DNA from: Candidatus Micrarchaeia archaeon
GTDB taxonomy: Archaea > Micrarchaeota > Micrarchaeia > Micrarchaeales > CABMGC01
Assembly (NCBI GenBank): GCA_049976845.1
Contig: JBMFHL010000003.1
Span: forward strand, 1-39,347
Direction: 5' to 3'
Length of the DNA stretch: 39,347 bases
The position numbers were made by a program, and so were the translations under genes. Positions 1 through 8,910 of this stretch are shown here, piece by piece; positions within the stretch are counted from its first letter, which is position 1; every line of letters begins with the position of its first letter. The notes below the pieces were generated by a model. That model did no database searches. It worked only from the letters and a program-made list of their open reading frames with translations, and had not been told where the DNA came from.

Positions 1-321
1 TTCAACGGCACTGAAATAGAACTTGTAGAAAAGCTTATTCTTGCAACTTCATTCCCGCAGCATCCCAAGGACAAGCTCGAATACATAATCTGCGATGCAG
101 ATTTAGACATACTAGGCACAGAGAGATTTTTTAAGCGCTCAATGGATCTGAAAAAAGAGATAGAAGAGAACACGGGCAAAAAATACACAGATATAGAATG
201 GTACAAGAACCAGCTCGAGCTGCTCCAGAATCACCAGCATTTCACAGTCTCGGGGAGGATACTGCGGAGCGAGGGAGAGAAGATAAACATAGAGATGCTG
301 AAAAAGCTTATAAGGAAATAG
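1..321 (+). CDS. HD-domain phosphohydrolase-like protein, 3' part (5' truncated by window edge)
   Basis: Frame 1 is open from base 1 to TAG at 319-321: ...LILATSFPQHPKDKLEYIICDADLDILGTERFF...EWYKNQLELLQNHQHFT...; ICDADL is the distal Asp motif of HD domains. Not in the ORF track because it has no start. Confidence 0.7.
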   Translation, partial: FNGTEIELVEKLILATSFPQHPKDKLEYIICDADLDILGTERFFKRSMDLKKEIEENTGKKYTDIEWYKNQLELLQNHQHFTVSGRILRSEGEKINIEMLKKLIRK

Positions 322-382
322 GCGCTGTTGCAAGCGCAACAAAAGGTATAAAAATAAGAGAAGCAAATAAATAGTGATTGAA

Positions 383-538
383 ATGGCAACATTAGGTCAG
401 CCACAGACCCAAGCCGGTATATTAAGCTTTTACGACGCTCCGGAGAAGGGGCCAAAGGTAAATGCAAAGTTCGTGCTCCTATTAGTGGCCCTGTTTGCAA
501 TAATAATACTTATCTTCGACCACTTTATAGCAGTCTAA
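383..538 (+). CDS. secG: Preprotein translocase subunit Sec61beta (archaeal SecG), 51 aa
   Basis: Hand translation MATLGQPQTQAGILSFYDAPEKGPKVNAKFVLLLVALFAIIILIFDHFIAV*; AGILSFYD...GPKV followed by one TM helix is the Sec61beta signature. Too short for the ORF track. Confidence 0.9.
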   Translation: MATLGQPQTQAGILSFYDAPEKGPKVNAKFVLLLVALFAIIILIFDHFIAV

Positions 539-568
539 TCCATTGCAAAAATCAATGGATTAAACAAA

Positions 569-1465
569 TCATGTGAGCGTGAACAGGTCTTTTCTTTTCT
601 CGCTTACGTCTCCGCTCTCAGCAAGCAGATACAATATGCCTCTAACACCCTCTTCATCTATGCCTATTTTACGCGCGAGATCTGTTGCCCTTAAATCGCT
701 GCTCCTAAGCTCCTTTATTATGCTGCCGCTGTATTTGTCAAAAAATGACCTAAGCACTATGTAGAATTTTTTGTTGAAGGCTCTTGTGCCAAGCACGAGG
801 CCCTGCTTTATACTATCTTCCAATGCAAGAGAAAGGCTTGCAGCCTCTGCCTCCGTCTGCAAGACTACAAAACCTTTGCTCTCAAGCGTTTTGACATCTT
901 CATGCTCTATGCCATACTTGTTCTCGAGCTCTTTGCCTACATTAATTTTGTCGATGTTAAAATGCTGTGTCATGTCTGCAGTCTGCGTCTTTGCAGTTTC
1001 AGCTCCAGCATAAGTTTTCTTCCTCATAAGAAATTTGTCGTAAAACTCTTTAGATATGCTGTAAAGCGGGGGTTTGCTTGGATCCTTTGCATAAAGTATC
1101 ACTATCTTCTTTCTTACAAGGCCATTCAATACTATCCTCTCATTTTCGCTAAGTATCCTCTCGACATTCTGCTTGCTCCTCATATTGTATCTGAGCGTAT
1201 CAAGCTTCTTCAAAACCTCTATTTCAATAGCCGATAATCCATTTTCCTGTTCTGGCTTCTGCTCCTGCGCCGCAGGAGCGTTCCTACTCAACAGGTTTGC
1301 TATATCGGATTTCTTTGCCATTATGAAGGCGTTGCTTCCGAATTTGAAGAAATCGAGTTCGTCTTCTTCTTTGAGGTTCAGTGCAGTGATCACTTCAAAA
1401 GGCAGATATATTATATATTTGCCGTTCTTCTGCTTGTAAATCTTCGGTATAGTATCACCAGACAA
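569..1465 (-). CDS. Hypothetical DNA-binding protein (AbrB/MazE-like N-terminus, winged-helix-like C-terminus)
   Basis: N-terminal NGKYIIYLPFEVITALNLKEEDELDF resembles the AbrB fold; C-terminal ATDLARKIGIDEEGVRGILYLLAESGDV resembles a wHTH; TTG start. Confidence 0.55.
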   Translation of the reverse strand: MSGDTIPKIYKQKNGKYIIYLPFEVITALNLKEEDELDFFKFGSNAFIMAKKSDIANLLSRNAPAAQEQKPEQENGLSAIEIEVLKKLDTLRYNMRSKQNVERILSENERIVLNGLVRKKIVILYAKDPSKPPLYSISKEFYDKFLMRKKTYAGAETAKTQTADMTQHFNIDKINVGKELENKYGIEHEDVKTLESKGFVVLQTEAEAASLSLALEDSIKQGLVLGTRAFNKKFYIVLRSFFDKYSGSIIKELRSSDLRATDLARKIGIDEEGVRGILYLLAESGDVSEKRKDLFTLT

Positions 1466-1497
1466 AGGATTTTATTATTTATACAACAAGTATAATC

Positions 1498-3060
1498 ATG
1501 CAAAATCTAAAAGAGTTTGCAAAATCTTTGATTCCCAATGAATTGAGTGCAGAAGAAATGAAAGCTGTCGAGCTAAATTGTGTCGCAATGGGCATAAGTT
1601 CCGTGCAGCTCATGGAAAATGCAGGTTCAGCAGTAGCAAGCGTAATAAAAAGCAAATTCAAAGGAAGCAGAAGCATACTATTCTTCTGCGGCACTGGAGG
1701 CAACGGCGGCGATGGTTTCGCAGCGGCAAGAATGCTCTCCAGTGAATATGATGTAAATATTATAGTGCTAGGCGCCAAGGGCTCTATAAAAAGCGGTGCA
1801 GCGCTCTCTAATTTCAATGCGGTTAGCAATAGCCCTTTCGTAAAGCTATATTATTACATTGAGATGGATGGAAATGAAGTAGACTCGCTTTTGTCAAAGA
1901 GCGATGTTGTTGTGGATGCGATCTTTGGCACAGGCTTCGAGGGCGAGCTCAAGGGCATATACAAAGAGGCAGTGCTTAAGATCAATAATTCAGGCAAGCA
2001 TGTAATCTCCATAGACATACCTTCTGGTTTTTCACAACAGGGGTTCAAGCTCACAATCAATGCAGAATATACTGTGATATTGCACAAAATGAAGCTGAAC
2101 ATGGAATTATGCAAAGGTGTAGGAAAAGCAATTGTTGCTGATATAGGCATACCATTGGATGCAGAGGCGTTTACAGGTCCAGGAGATCTGTTTATTGGCT
2201 CAAAGCCAAGAAGCGATTTTGCGAGCAAAAAGGATCTTGGAAGATTGGTAATAATAGGGGGAAGTTCCACATATCACAGTGCTCCGAAGCACGCAATGCT
2301 TGCAGCATATAATACACTGTCAAGCCTGAGGGTAGGCGCAGGCTATGCAGTTACATTTGTTCCAAAGCACGTATTGAATGCTGTGCGTGCGCAATCGCCA
2401 AACTTGATTGTAAGGCCTTTGGGTTCGAGCAGCATAGCATTTACTAACGAGCTTAAAAGTGAGATAGACAAATCAACAGCAGTAGCAATAGGCATGGGCA
2501 TTGGCACAAATCCTGATGCGCAGGTTGCAGCGCTGAAGACAATAAAATATGCCCTCTCTAAAGGCAAAAAAGTGGTGGTTGATGCAGACGGAATAAAAGC
2601 CCTAGCAAATGCGGGCATTGACAGATCAGCATGCAAAAACATTGTTGTGACTCCTCACGACAAGGAGTTCTTCGCGCTTACAGGCATATCCCTAGAGCAC
2701 GAATCAAAAGATTCAATGCTAGATAGGGCGGTTGCAGCTTTTAATGCGGCAAAGAAACTTGGCATGACTATTTTGCTGAAGGGTCACAATACCATAATAA
2801 CAAACGGGCAAAGCCTAAAAATAAACCTCTCTCATGCGTCTGACCTTGCGACAATGGGTTCTGGAGACGTGCTAACAGGAATTATAGGGGGCTATGCAGC
2901 ACGTGGCGCGAGCCCTTTTGAGGCAGCGTGCGCCGGTGCATACCTACATTCGCAAGTTGGCGAATTGCTCGCTATTGAGAAAGGAAATCACATAATAGCT
3001 TCGGACATAGCATCTGCAATCCCTAAGATACTGATAAATTTCGACAGGAGGGCTAAGTGA
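1498..3060 (+). CDS. nnr: Bifunctional NAD(P)H-hydrate epimerase/dehydratase (YjeF N+C)
   Basis: LMENAG, CGTGGNGGDG, DAIFGTG, SIDIPSG (epimerase); VVDADG, TPHDKEF, LLKG, ATMGSGDVLTG (dehydratase). Confidence 0.95.
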   Translation: MQNLKEFAKSLIPNELSAEEMKAVELNCVAMGISSVQLMENAGSAVASVIKSKFKGSRSILFFCGTGGNGGDGFAAARMLSSEYDVNIIVLGAKGSIKSGAALSNFNAVSNSPFVKLYYYIEMDGNEVDSLLSKSDVVVDAIFGTGFEGELKGIYKEAVLKINNSGKHVISIDIPSGFSQQGFKLTINAEYTVILHKMKLNMELCKGVGKAIVADIGIPLDAEAFTGPGDLFIGSKPRSDFASKKDLGRLVIIGGSSTYHSAPKHAMLAAYNTLSSLRVGAGYAVTFVPKHVLNAVRAQSPNLIVRPLGSSSIAFTNELKSEIDKSTAVAIGMGIGTNPDAQVAALKTIKYALSKGKKVVVDADGIKALANAGIDRSACKNIVVTPHDKEFFALTGISLEHESKDSMLDRAVAAFNAAKKLGMTILLKGHNTIITNGQSLKINLSHASDLATMGSGDVLTGIIGGYAARGASPFEAACAGAYLHSQVGELLAIEKGNHIIASDIASAIPKILINFDRRAK

Positions 3061-3061
3061 A

Positions 3062-4978
3062 ATGCACGGCAACACAAACCAAATGCTTGAAGATGAATTC
3101 TTCAAAATAGTCAGCGAAGCTGCAAAAAATGCTTATAACATAGCAATAAAAAAAGAGGATTTTCATGTTTCTATTTCTACCCCAAAAGCAGAATTCGGAG
3201 ATATTAGTTCATCGATATCATTCAGGATCGCAAAGGAGCTGAAGCAGCAGCCTCATGCGGTAGCAATTAAAATCCTGGAGAAATCTTCGCTAAGCAATGC
3301 GATGATTAAAGAGCTGAAGGAATCTGCGGGCTACATAAATGCTTTCATAGACGAGAAAAAATATGCGGAAGCTGTGCTGGGCAATGCGTTGGAGTTGGGA
3401 AGCGCATACGGGTCTTCTGAAATTGGCAAGGGTAAAAAGGTCATAGTAGAATATCCAAGCGTGAATCCAAACAAGCCATGGCACATAGGGCATCTGAAAA
3501 ATGCGCTGCTTGGCGATGCGGTTGCAAATATCATGAGCTTCTGCTCTTACGATGTTGAAAGAGAGGATTACATAGATGATCTGGGCCTGCAGGTTGCAGA
3601 GAGCCTTTGGGGCTACATCAATATAAAAGACAAGCCAGACAAGAAGTTTGACCAGTGGCTTGGAGAAAAGTACGTGGAGGTAAACAAGGCAATGGAGAAG
3701 CAGGACATAAAGGAAGAAATAAATGGGCTGCTTAAGAAGATGGAGGATCCAAACACGTTAGAGTCAAAAACAAGCAGGGAATTCGCCGAGAAATGCGTGG
3801 CAGCGCAATATGAGACGGCATTTAACTACAGGATTTACCATGACATACTTATATGGGAGAGCAACATAGTCGCGGCAAGGCTGCTTAATGATGCACTCCA
3901 CTTGATAAAGGAAAAAAATATTATAGAGCAGCCCAACGAAGGGAAATACAGCGGCTGCTTGGTAATAAATTTAGACAAAGCAAAAGGCATTTTAAAAGGT
4001 TTTGAAAATCTCGAAGAGAATACAAAAGTATTGGTAAGGAGCAACGGCACCGCAACATACGTTGCCAAGGACTTGGCGTTCCACATGTGGAAGTTCGGCA
4101 TAATAGAAGGCAAATTCAAGTACAGCAAGTTCATGGTTCAGCCGAATGGCAAAGACCTCTACACAACTTCATACTCTGGAGAAGAAAACGGCTTTGGCAA
4201 TGCAGATATTGTAGTAAATGTAATAGGCTCCGCACAGCAATATCCTCAGCTGGTGCTTAAATCGCTGATAATGCTTTCAGGATACGCTGAAAAGGCAGAG
4301 AATCTGGTTCATTTGTCATACGGCGAGGTCGAGCTCGAAGAAGGTTCTCTTCACGGGCGCAGCGGTGGCTGGATCGGAAGCGGGAAGAATTACACTGCAG
4401 ATGATCTGCTCAAAGAAACAGAGCAATCAGCGCTTCAGCTAATTAAAGATACAGATAAAGCAGTTGACAAGCCTGCAGTAGCGCATGACGTGGCTCTCGG
4501 CGCCATAAAATTCGAGTTCTTGAGGTCAGCGCCAGAGAAGAAGACCATATTCTCATGGGATAAGGCGTTGAATTTCGAAGGCAATTCTGGTCCATATTGC
4601 ATGTACATGTTCGCGAGGGCATCGAAGATAATAGAAAAGGCTTCCGGAAAAGATGCAACAGCACAAGTGCCTTTAGCAAACGAAGCGTTTTCAAGGGATA
4701 TTGACTATTCAAAATTGACAAGGGGCATAGATTTTGAGCTTCTCAAGCTGGTTGGCAAGGCACAGGAAAGTGTCGAGAAAGCATGCAGGGAATTCAGGCC
4801 CAACGTAATCTCTGACTATCTGCTTGAGCTTTCTGTGGTATTCAGTAGGTTCTACGAAACAATGCCGGTGCTCAAAGGCGATGCAATAAGCCTAAGGCTC
4901 GCAATAACAAAAGCTGCGATGCAGACGATAGGCAACATGCTGCTGCTTCTCGGCATAAAACCTATTGAAAGAATATAG
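3062..4978 (+). CDS. argS: Arginine--tRNA ligase
   Basis: VEYPSVNPNKPWHIGHLKN (HIGH motif), RSNGTATYVAKDLA, FEGNSGPY, LLLLGIKPIERI C-terminus. Confidence 0.96.
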   Translation: MHGNTNQMLEDEFFKIVSEAAKNAYNIAIKKEDFHVSISTPKAEFGDISSSISFRIAKELKQQPHAVAIKILEKSSLSNAMIKELKESAGYINAFIDEKKYAEAVLGNALELGSAYGSSEIGKGKKVIVEYPSVNPNKPWHIGHLKNALLGDAVANIMSFCSYDVEREDYIDDLGLQVAESLWGYINIKDKPDKKFDQWLGEKYVEVNKAMEKQDIKEEINGLLKKMEDPNTLESKTSREFAEKCVAAQYETAFNYRIYHDILIWESNIVAARLLNDALHLIKEKNIIEQPNEGKYSGCLVINLDKAKGILKGFENLEENTKVLVRSNGTATYVAKDLAFHMWKFGIIEGKFKYSKFMVQPNGKDLYTTSYSGEENGFGNADIVVNVIGSAQQYPQLVLKSLIMLSGYAEKAENLVHLSYGEVELEEGSLHGRSGGWIGSGKNYTADDLLKETEQSALQLIKDTDKAVDKPAVAHDVALGAIKFEFLRSAPEKKTIFSWDKALNFEGNSGPYCMYMFARASKIIEKASGKDATAQVPLANEAFSRDIDYSKLTRGIDFELLKLVGKAQESVEKACREFRPNVISDYLLELSVVFSRFYETMPVLKGDAISLRLAITKAAMQTIGNMLLLLGIKPIERI

Positions 4979-5027
4979 CTGCAGCGAAACAAAAACAAAT
5001 ATTAAGCTTAATACTCAATCTATACTG

Positions 5028-5122
5028 GGGCCTGTAGCTCAGCTTGGACAGAGCAGCACCGTCCTAAGGTGATGGTCGCGGGTTCAAATTAAGCAATGCT
5101 TATGGAAATCCCGTCAGGCCCG
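5028..5122 (+). tRNA. tRNA-Arg(CCT) with a 20-nt intron in the T-loop (5089-5108, position 59/60)
   Basis: Acceptor GGGCCTG/CAGGCCC, D-stem GCTC/GAGC, anticodon CCT at 5063-5065; bulge-helix-bulge (TTCA/TGGA helix, two AAT bulges, TAAGC/GCTTA outer helix); removal restores GGTTCAAATCCC. Confidence 0.93.
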
Positions 5123-5137
5123 AATATCTGTTATGTG

Positions 5138-6202
5138 ATGAAAATGAAAGGAAAAGAGAAGAAAGAGCCGCAGATAGTAGTAAAGCCAATAGGTAAGTAT
5201 GGCGGATTAGACACGATACATCTCTCGCTAATTGCGCTAGTTGTAATACTTATAGCCTTGCTGGCAGTGATATCATACTCGAAGCCTCAGGTTATTCCAA
5301 ATTCTAATGCAACCTCAACAACTACAATATCCAACTATTCTAATGCGACAGTCGCAAAGCCCGTGCACACGAGCGCAGAGGTTGCGAACATTACCGAGAG
5401 CATACTCGCAAGCTACAACTACATAGGCATAAACAGCTCCCTCTCTGTTTATCTCCCATATTTCTCAGAAGTCAACAACATGAGCATAGCATATATGCCA
5501 AGCACAAAGGAGTGGAACATAATTGTTCCGATAAGGAATCCTCTTACAGGCAAGCTTTTCGATGCAGAATTCCAATTGTATGACTCAAACCTTACCCTCG
5601 CAAATTCTTATATACAGATGGTTATGCCAAGCAAAATTCTTGGCGATAAAGTTGTATACCCGGGCGTAATAAGCATGAGCGGAAAGTTCGCATGCGGCGC
5701 AAGCAATACTGTGCAAGTTTTCTGGTTTATTGATCCTTATGCGCCTGGCTCCGTGCTGAGCCTTGAAAATCTATCTTCGCTGCAGAATTCATTCGGAAGC
5801 AATGTGAATGCAACCGTAAAAATACTTTATGGCGCATATTCGCAGATTATAGGTTCAAAATACGGCGCTACTAACGCGCAGGCGCTAGGCAAATACATCT
5901 TCTGCGCATCGCAGCAGCAGAATTTCAGCAAGTTCGTAACGAGCTTAAATGCAATTTATTCAAACAACTACATGTCCATGCAAACGCTGCAAGCAATCGC
6001 AAGATATTCTTCTCTAAACATGAGCAGCATGTCGAGCTGCATCGCCAATTCAACAACCATAATAAACAGGCAGGCCCTGCTGGCAGAATACTACAATATA
6101 ACCGAGACTCCTGAAGTGATTGTAGATTGCAGGTATCTGGCATTGCCGCAAACTGCAGGAAATGCGGTGTGCTATTCAAACAGCGCAGTGTGCAAAGGTT
6201 GA
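5138..6202 (+). CDS. Membrane-anchored extracellular protein with a C-terminal thioredoxin/DsbA-like fold
   Basis: Track start 5096 lies inside the tRNA, so ATG 5138 or 5144 is preferred. N-terminal TM, many N-x-S/T sequons, VFWFIDPYAPGS...YNITETPEVIVDC (cis-Pro-like TP motif). Confidence 0.6.
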   Translation: MKMKGKEKKEPQIVVKPIGKYGGLDTIHLSLIALVVILIALLAVISYSKPQVIPNSNATSTTTISNYSNATVAKPVHTSAEVANITESILASYNYIGINSSLSVYLPYFSEVNNMSIAYMPSTKEWNIIVPIRNPLTGKLFDAEFQLYDSNLTLANSYIQMVMPSKILGDKVVYPGVISMSGKFACGASNTVQVFWFIDPYAPGSVLSLENLSSLQNSFGSNVNATVKILYGAYSQIIGSKYGATNAQALGKYIFCASQQQNFSKFVTSLNAIYSNNYMSMQTLQAIARYSSLNMSSMSSCIANSTTIINRQALLAEYYNITETPEVIVDCRYLALPQTAGNAVCYSNSAVCKG

Positions 6203-6692
6203 TAGAATAAAATATCTGATAATAGGCATAGATCCAGGCAAAACTGCAGCAATAGCATGTATAGACCTGAAAGGCGGTATAGTGTGCCTTGCATCGGAGA
6301 GGCTTGCAGGCTACAAGTGGTTTGTGGAAACTATAAAAAAGCATGGGGTGCCAGTGCTTGTGGCATTTGACAAGAAAAGCCCCGACAGTTTGGTAAGGAA
6401 GATATCGGCAACATTTGGCGCTGCAATATACGTGCCCAAGGGAGACATGGCTGTTGCTAAGAAGAAAAAGGTCTCAGCAGATTCAAGCATATCAAACCTG
6501 CATGAGCGAGACGCCCTCGCCTCAGCGCTTTCAGCATACTATGCATATGCGAACAAATTCAACCAAGCCGAAAGGCTTGCTAGAGAAAAAGGCTATAGCG
6601 AAATAGAGTACATAAAGGCGATGGTTGTAAAGAAATATTCAATAGACGAAGCATTGCGCGGCAAGAAGGCAAACAGGTCAAAAATACGCTAG
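6162..6692 (+). CDS. DUF460-like RNase H-fold protein (short form; start uncertain, probably near 6200)
   Basis: IIGIDPGKTAAIACIDLKG, PVLVAFDK, NLHERDALASA match DUF460 motifs. Confidence 0.75.
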   Translation: MRCAIQTAQCAKVDRIKYLIIGIDPGKTAAIACIDLKGGIVCLASERLAGYKWFVETIKKHGVPVLVAFDKKSPDSLVRKISATFGAAIYVPKGDMAVAKKKKVSADSSISNLHERDALASALSAYYAYANKFNQAERLAREKGYSEIEYIKAMVVKKYSIDEALRGKKANRSKIR

Positions 6693-6740
6693 TGCACGCA
6701 TTTTTATACTTTTACTAAGAATATTTTAAAAGGTGTGTGG

Positions 6741-7358
6741 ATGGGTTTGCTGAGTAGTTCTGCCATTGCAATTCTAATAATAGTTGTAATCTTCGTGCTT
6801 TTGTACTTGGGCGTAAAATATTTTGGCATTGGCACGCACGTCACTGAGGCCCAGGCGCTGAGCTTAGTTGAAGGCGACGTGCAGAACGCTAATCCGGGTG
6901 TCCTTATAAACGTTACAAATGTCACTCCGTCGCAGTTTCCTGGCAGTTGGCACATACTAATGTCTGTCATTCTAAATGCAACAAGCCCGTGCCCGAGCTA
7001 TTACATATACTCTTTCGATTATCCTAAGTACGGCTTTGTGTATAATATAGAGAACACATATACAAGCAACTGCATTGTATATGGATTGATGCAGAACAAG
7101 AGCTACATAATAGCGTCATATCCTGTGGCAGTGGTGCGGGCATACAGCTTCAATGCTTCTAAAGATTTCATAAATAAATTTGGCTACCAAAATGTCACTG
7201 CAGCCGCAAGCTTCTTAAGCAAAGCTAGAGTGCTGGGTAAGAATTACACTAATGTCTGGGAAGTCACATACAACGCGCCGAATGCAAATTATACAGAGTA
7301 CATTTTCCTTACCCAGAGCGGAGGCAATCTGATAGCTAACTACTCAGTTTCAAAGTGA
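6741..7358 (+). CDS. Hypothetical membrane-anchored protein
   Basis: ATG at 6741 after AGGTG; N-terminal hydrophobic helix and Asn/Tyr-rich extracellular part. Confidence 0.7.
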   Translation: MGLLSSSAIAILIIVVIFVLLYLGVKYFGIGTHVTEAQALSLVEGDVQNANPGVLINVTNVTPSQFPGSWHILMSVILNATSPCPSYYIYSFDYPKYGFVYNIENTYTSNCIVYGLMQNKSYIIASYPVAVVRAYSFNASKDFINKFGYQNVTAAASFLSKARVLGKNYTNVWEVTYNAPNANYTEYIFLTQSGGNLIANYSVSK

Positions 7359-7832
7359 CATCTCAAGAAGAATAATCCCATTATCTATTGCCTTTTCAAT
7401 ATCCTTGTTTTCGAATCCGCGTACAGTGAAGCCGTTCTTAAGGAAAAAATTTATGGCGCTGTTGTTCCTCGCAACCTCTGCAAATAAATTTTTTATCCCT
7501 ATAATCTTCGCTCTGTCAATTGCTTTGCCCAGCAGCTTCTTTCCAATGCCATTGCTCCTGAATGCAGCGCTCACAATTATGCCCAACCAGCCATTAGAGT
7601 ACTGGTCCTTTATCACCTCGCACTCCCCTATCACTCTATTGTCTTCTGTTGCAACGTAGTCAACAGCTTCTTTTTCAGTAATCTTGATAAGCTTGTATCC
7701 TAATAGTGATTCAATCATTTCAACTGTGGGCCTGCTGCTGAACCACGTAGCCATTGGGTTTTCGTCATAAATGTCTGTGATTAGCGAGAATATGCCAGCA
7801 AGGTCGCTCGCTTCGAGCTCCTTTATCTCCAT
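7350..7832 (-). CDS. GNAT family N-acetyltransferase
   Basis: MEIKELE start at 7832 (the longer track ORF overlaps the histone gene); VSAAFRSNGIGKKLL acetyl-CoA motif A; NNSAINFFLKNGF motif B. Confidence 0.88.
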   Translation of the reverse strand: MEIKELEASDLAGIFSLITDIYDENPMATWFSSRPTVEMIESLLGYKLIKITEKEAVDYVATEDNRVIGECEVIKDQYSNGWLGIIVSAAFRSNGIGKKLLGKAIDRAKIIGIKNLFAEVARNNSAINFFLKNGFTVRGFENKDIEKAIDNGIILLEMSL

Positions 7833-7878
7833 GATTAGCATTTTAAGCTTTCCTTTATTAATACTTATTGTGCATTCC

Positions 7879-8073
7879 ATGGCAATAACAAAATCAACAG
7901 CAAAAAAGATACTGCAAGAAGAAGGTGCGCAGAGGGTAAGCGACTCTGCCGCAATGGAGTTCTCAAGGATAATAAACAAATATGCATATTCGATTGCCAA
8001 GAAAGCGGTGAAACTTGCAGCCCACGCAAGGCGCAAGACAGTAGAGAAGTCGGACATAGAGCTGGCAAAATAA
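7879..8073 (+). CDS. Archaeal histone (HMf-like), 64 aa
   Basis: MAITKSTAKKILQEEGAQRVSDSA...AAHARRKTVEKSDIELAK; RVS and HAxRKTxxxxDIELA histone-fold signatures. Confidence 0.93.
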   Translation: MAITKSTAKKILQEEGAQRVSDSAAMEFSRIINKYAYSIAKKAVKLAAHARRKTVEKSDIELAK

Positions 8074-8366
8074 TAACTAATGCAGCTTTTCCTAACAGCA
8101 AAAAACTAGTCAGTGTAAAGTGCGAATTTAATATCTGAGAGAATTCCCCCAATATCGTTGGGGGTCTGATTTCGCAACAAGTATACTTTTTCTTATCGTA
8201 ATCCCTCTGACGACGAGTGATCGCGGCTTTACGCGACCGGATTTTCATCGCCGAAGGGCCTTGCTAAATAATTATCATTTTTACATGAATATTTTAGCAC
8301 ACTCTACTATTTATTAGCAGAATGAGATTTATTAGCAAAGCCTCGCCGAAGTGAAGATATAAATAG

Positions 8367-8830
8367 TATAACTCGGGCAAAAATAAGAGTGTATCTGACT
8401 TCCAATACACTTTCGAGCATGTTGTGCTTGTATCGAAGTACCTATTCAAAGTCTTCAAGAATCCAACGACGCAGAAAGTAGTCACAGATGCATTCAAAAA
8501 TGCCGATGCAATACGGAATACAAATACGAGAACTATCTTTTGGCGATGATTTTGCTCATATACACATGGAAGTCAGTATTCCAAACAATTTGTCTGTCGC
8601 GCAGGTGATACAGATCCTGAAGTCGCATTCCGCATCAAAGATCTTTGCCGAGATGTCAAACTATGCAAAGAGATACTGACATGCATTTCTTGAGCGGACA
8701 ATACAGCAATTCCAGTGTAGGATTTGCAAATGGGGAAACGATAAAGACCTACATTCGCAGGCAGGACGTTTCCTATGAACCGTTTCTGCAGCGCGAAGAG
8801 GACGTGCATCAAACAAGGCTCTTTGCCTAA
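8367..8830 (+). pseudogene. tnpA: IS200-type Y1 HUH transposase TnpA, frameshifted
   Basis: Three out-of-frame pieces: EHVVLVSKYLFKVF; DDFAHIHMEVSIP...QILKSHSASKIF (HUH motif); SSVG...IKTYIRRQ (catalytic Tyr). Internal stop at 8677-8679. Confidence 0.85.
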
Positions 8831-8879
8831 CGAGTGGGTCCTCTCCGCCGACAAGGTCGGCGGTATCCCCACTCGTGAA

Positions 8880-8910
8880 AGGTTTATAAGGGCGAAGCCC
8901 TTATGTCATG
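8880..8910 (+). repeat. 31-nt IS-end-like hairpin repeat, copy 1 (copy 2 at 39031-39061)
   Basis: AGGTTTATAAGGGCGAAGCCCTTATGTCATG versus AGGTTTATAAGGGCAAAGCCCGCATGTCATG, 28/31 identical. Confidence 0.85.

Larger units (their letters stand above)
8146..8910 (+). mobile_element. Decayed IS200/IS605-family element (tnpA only); boundaries approximate
   Basis: Frameshifted tnpA flanked by hairpins: CCCCCAA/TTGGGGG (8146-8164), imperfect stem at about 8203-8258, strong stems at 8831-8875 and 8887-8903. Confidence 0.7.

Noticed and set aside
5096-5137. Track start of the 368-aa ORF
   Set aside because: Overlaps the tRNA-Arg gene; downstream ATG preferred.
7833-8057. N-terminal extension of the GNAT ORF and the 7771 start of the histone
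   Set aside because: Mutual antisense overlap; both families fit the shorter ATG starts.
8367-8830. Programmed frameshifting of tnpA
   Set aside because: Several independent lesions, an internal stop and no clear start indicate decay.
8207-8880. Split hammerhead ribozyme (CTGACGA-CGAGTG ... CACTCG-T-GAAA)
   Set aside because: Stems I and III cannot be formed, and CACTCG has a local partner at 8831.
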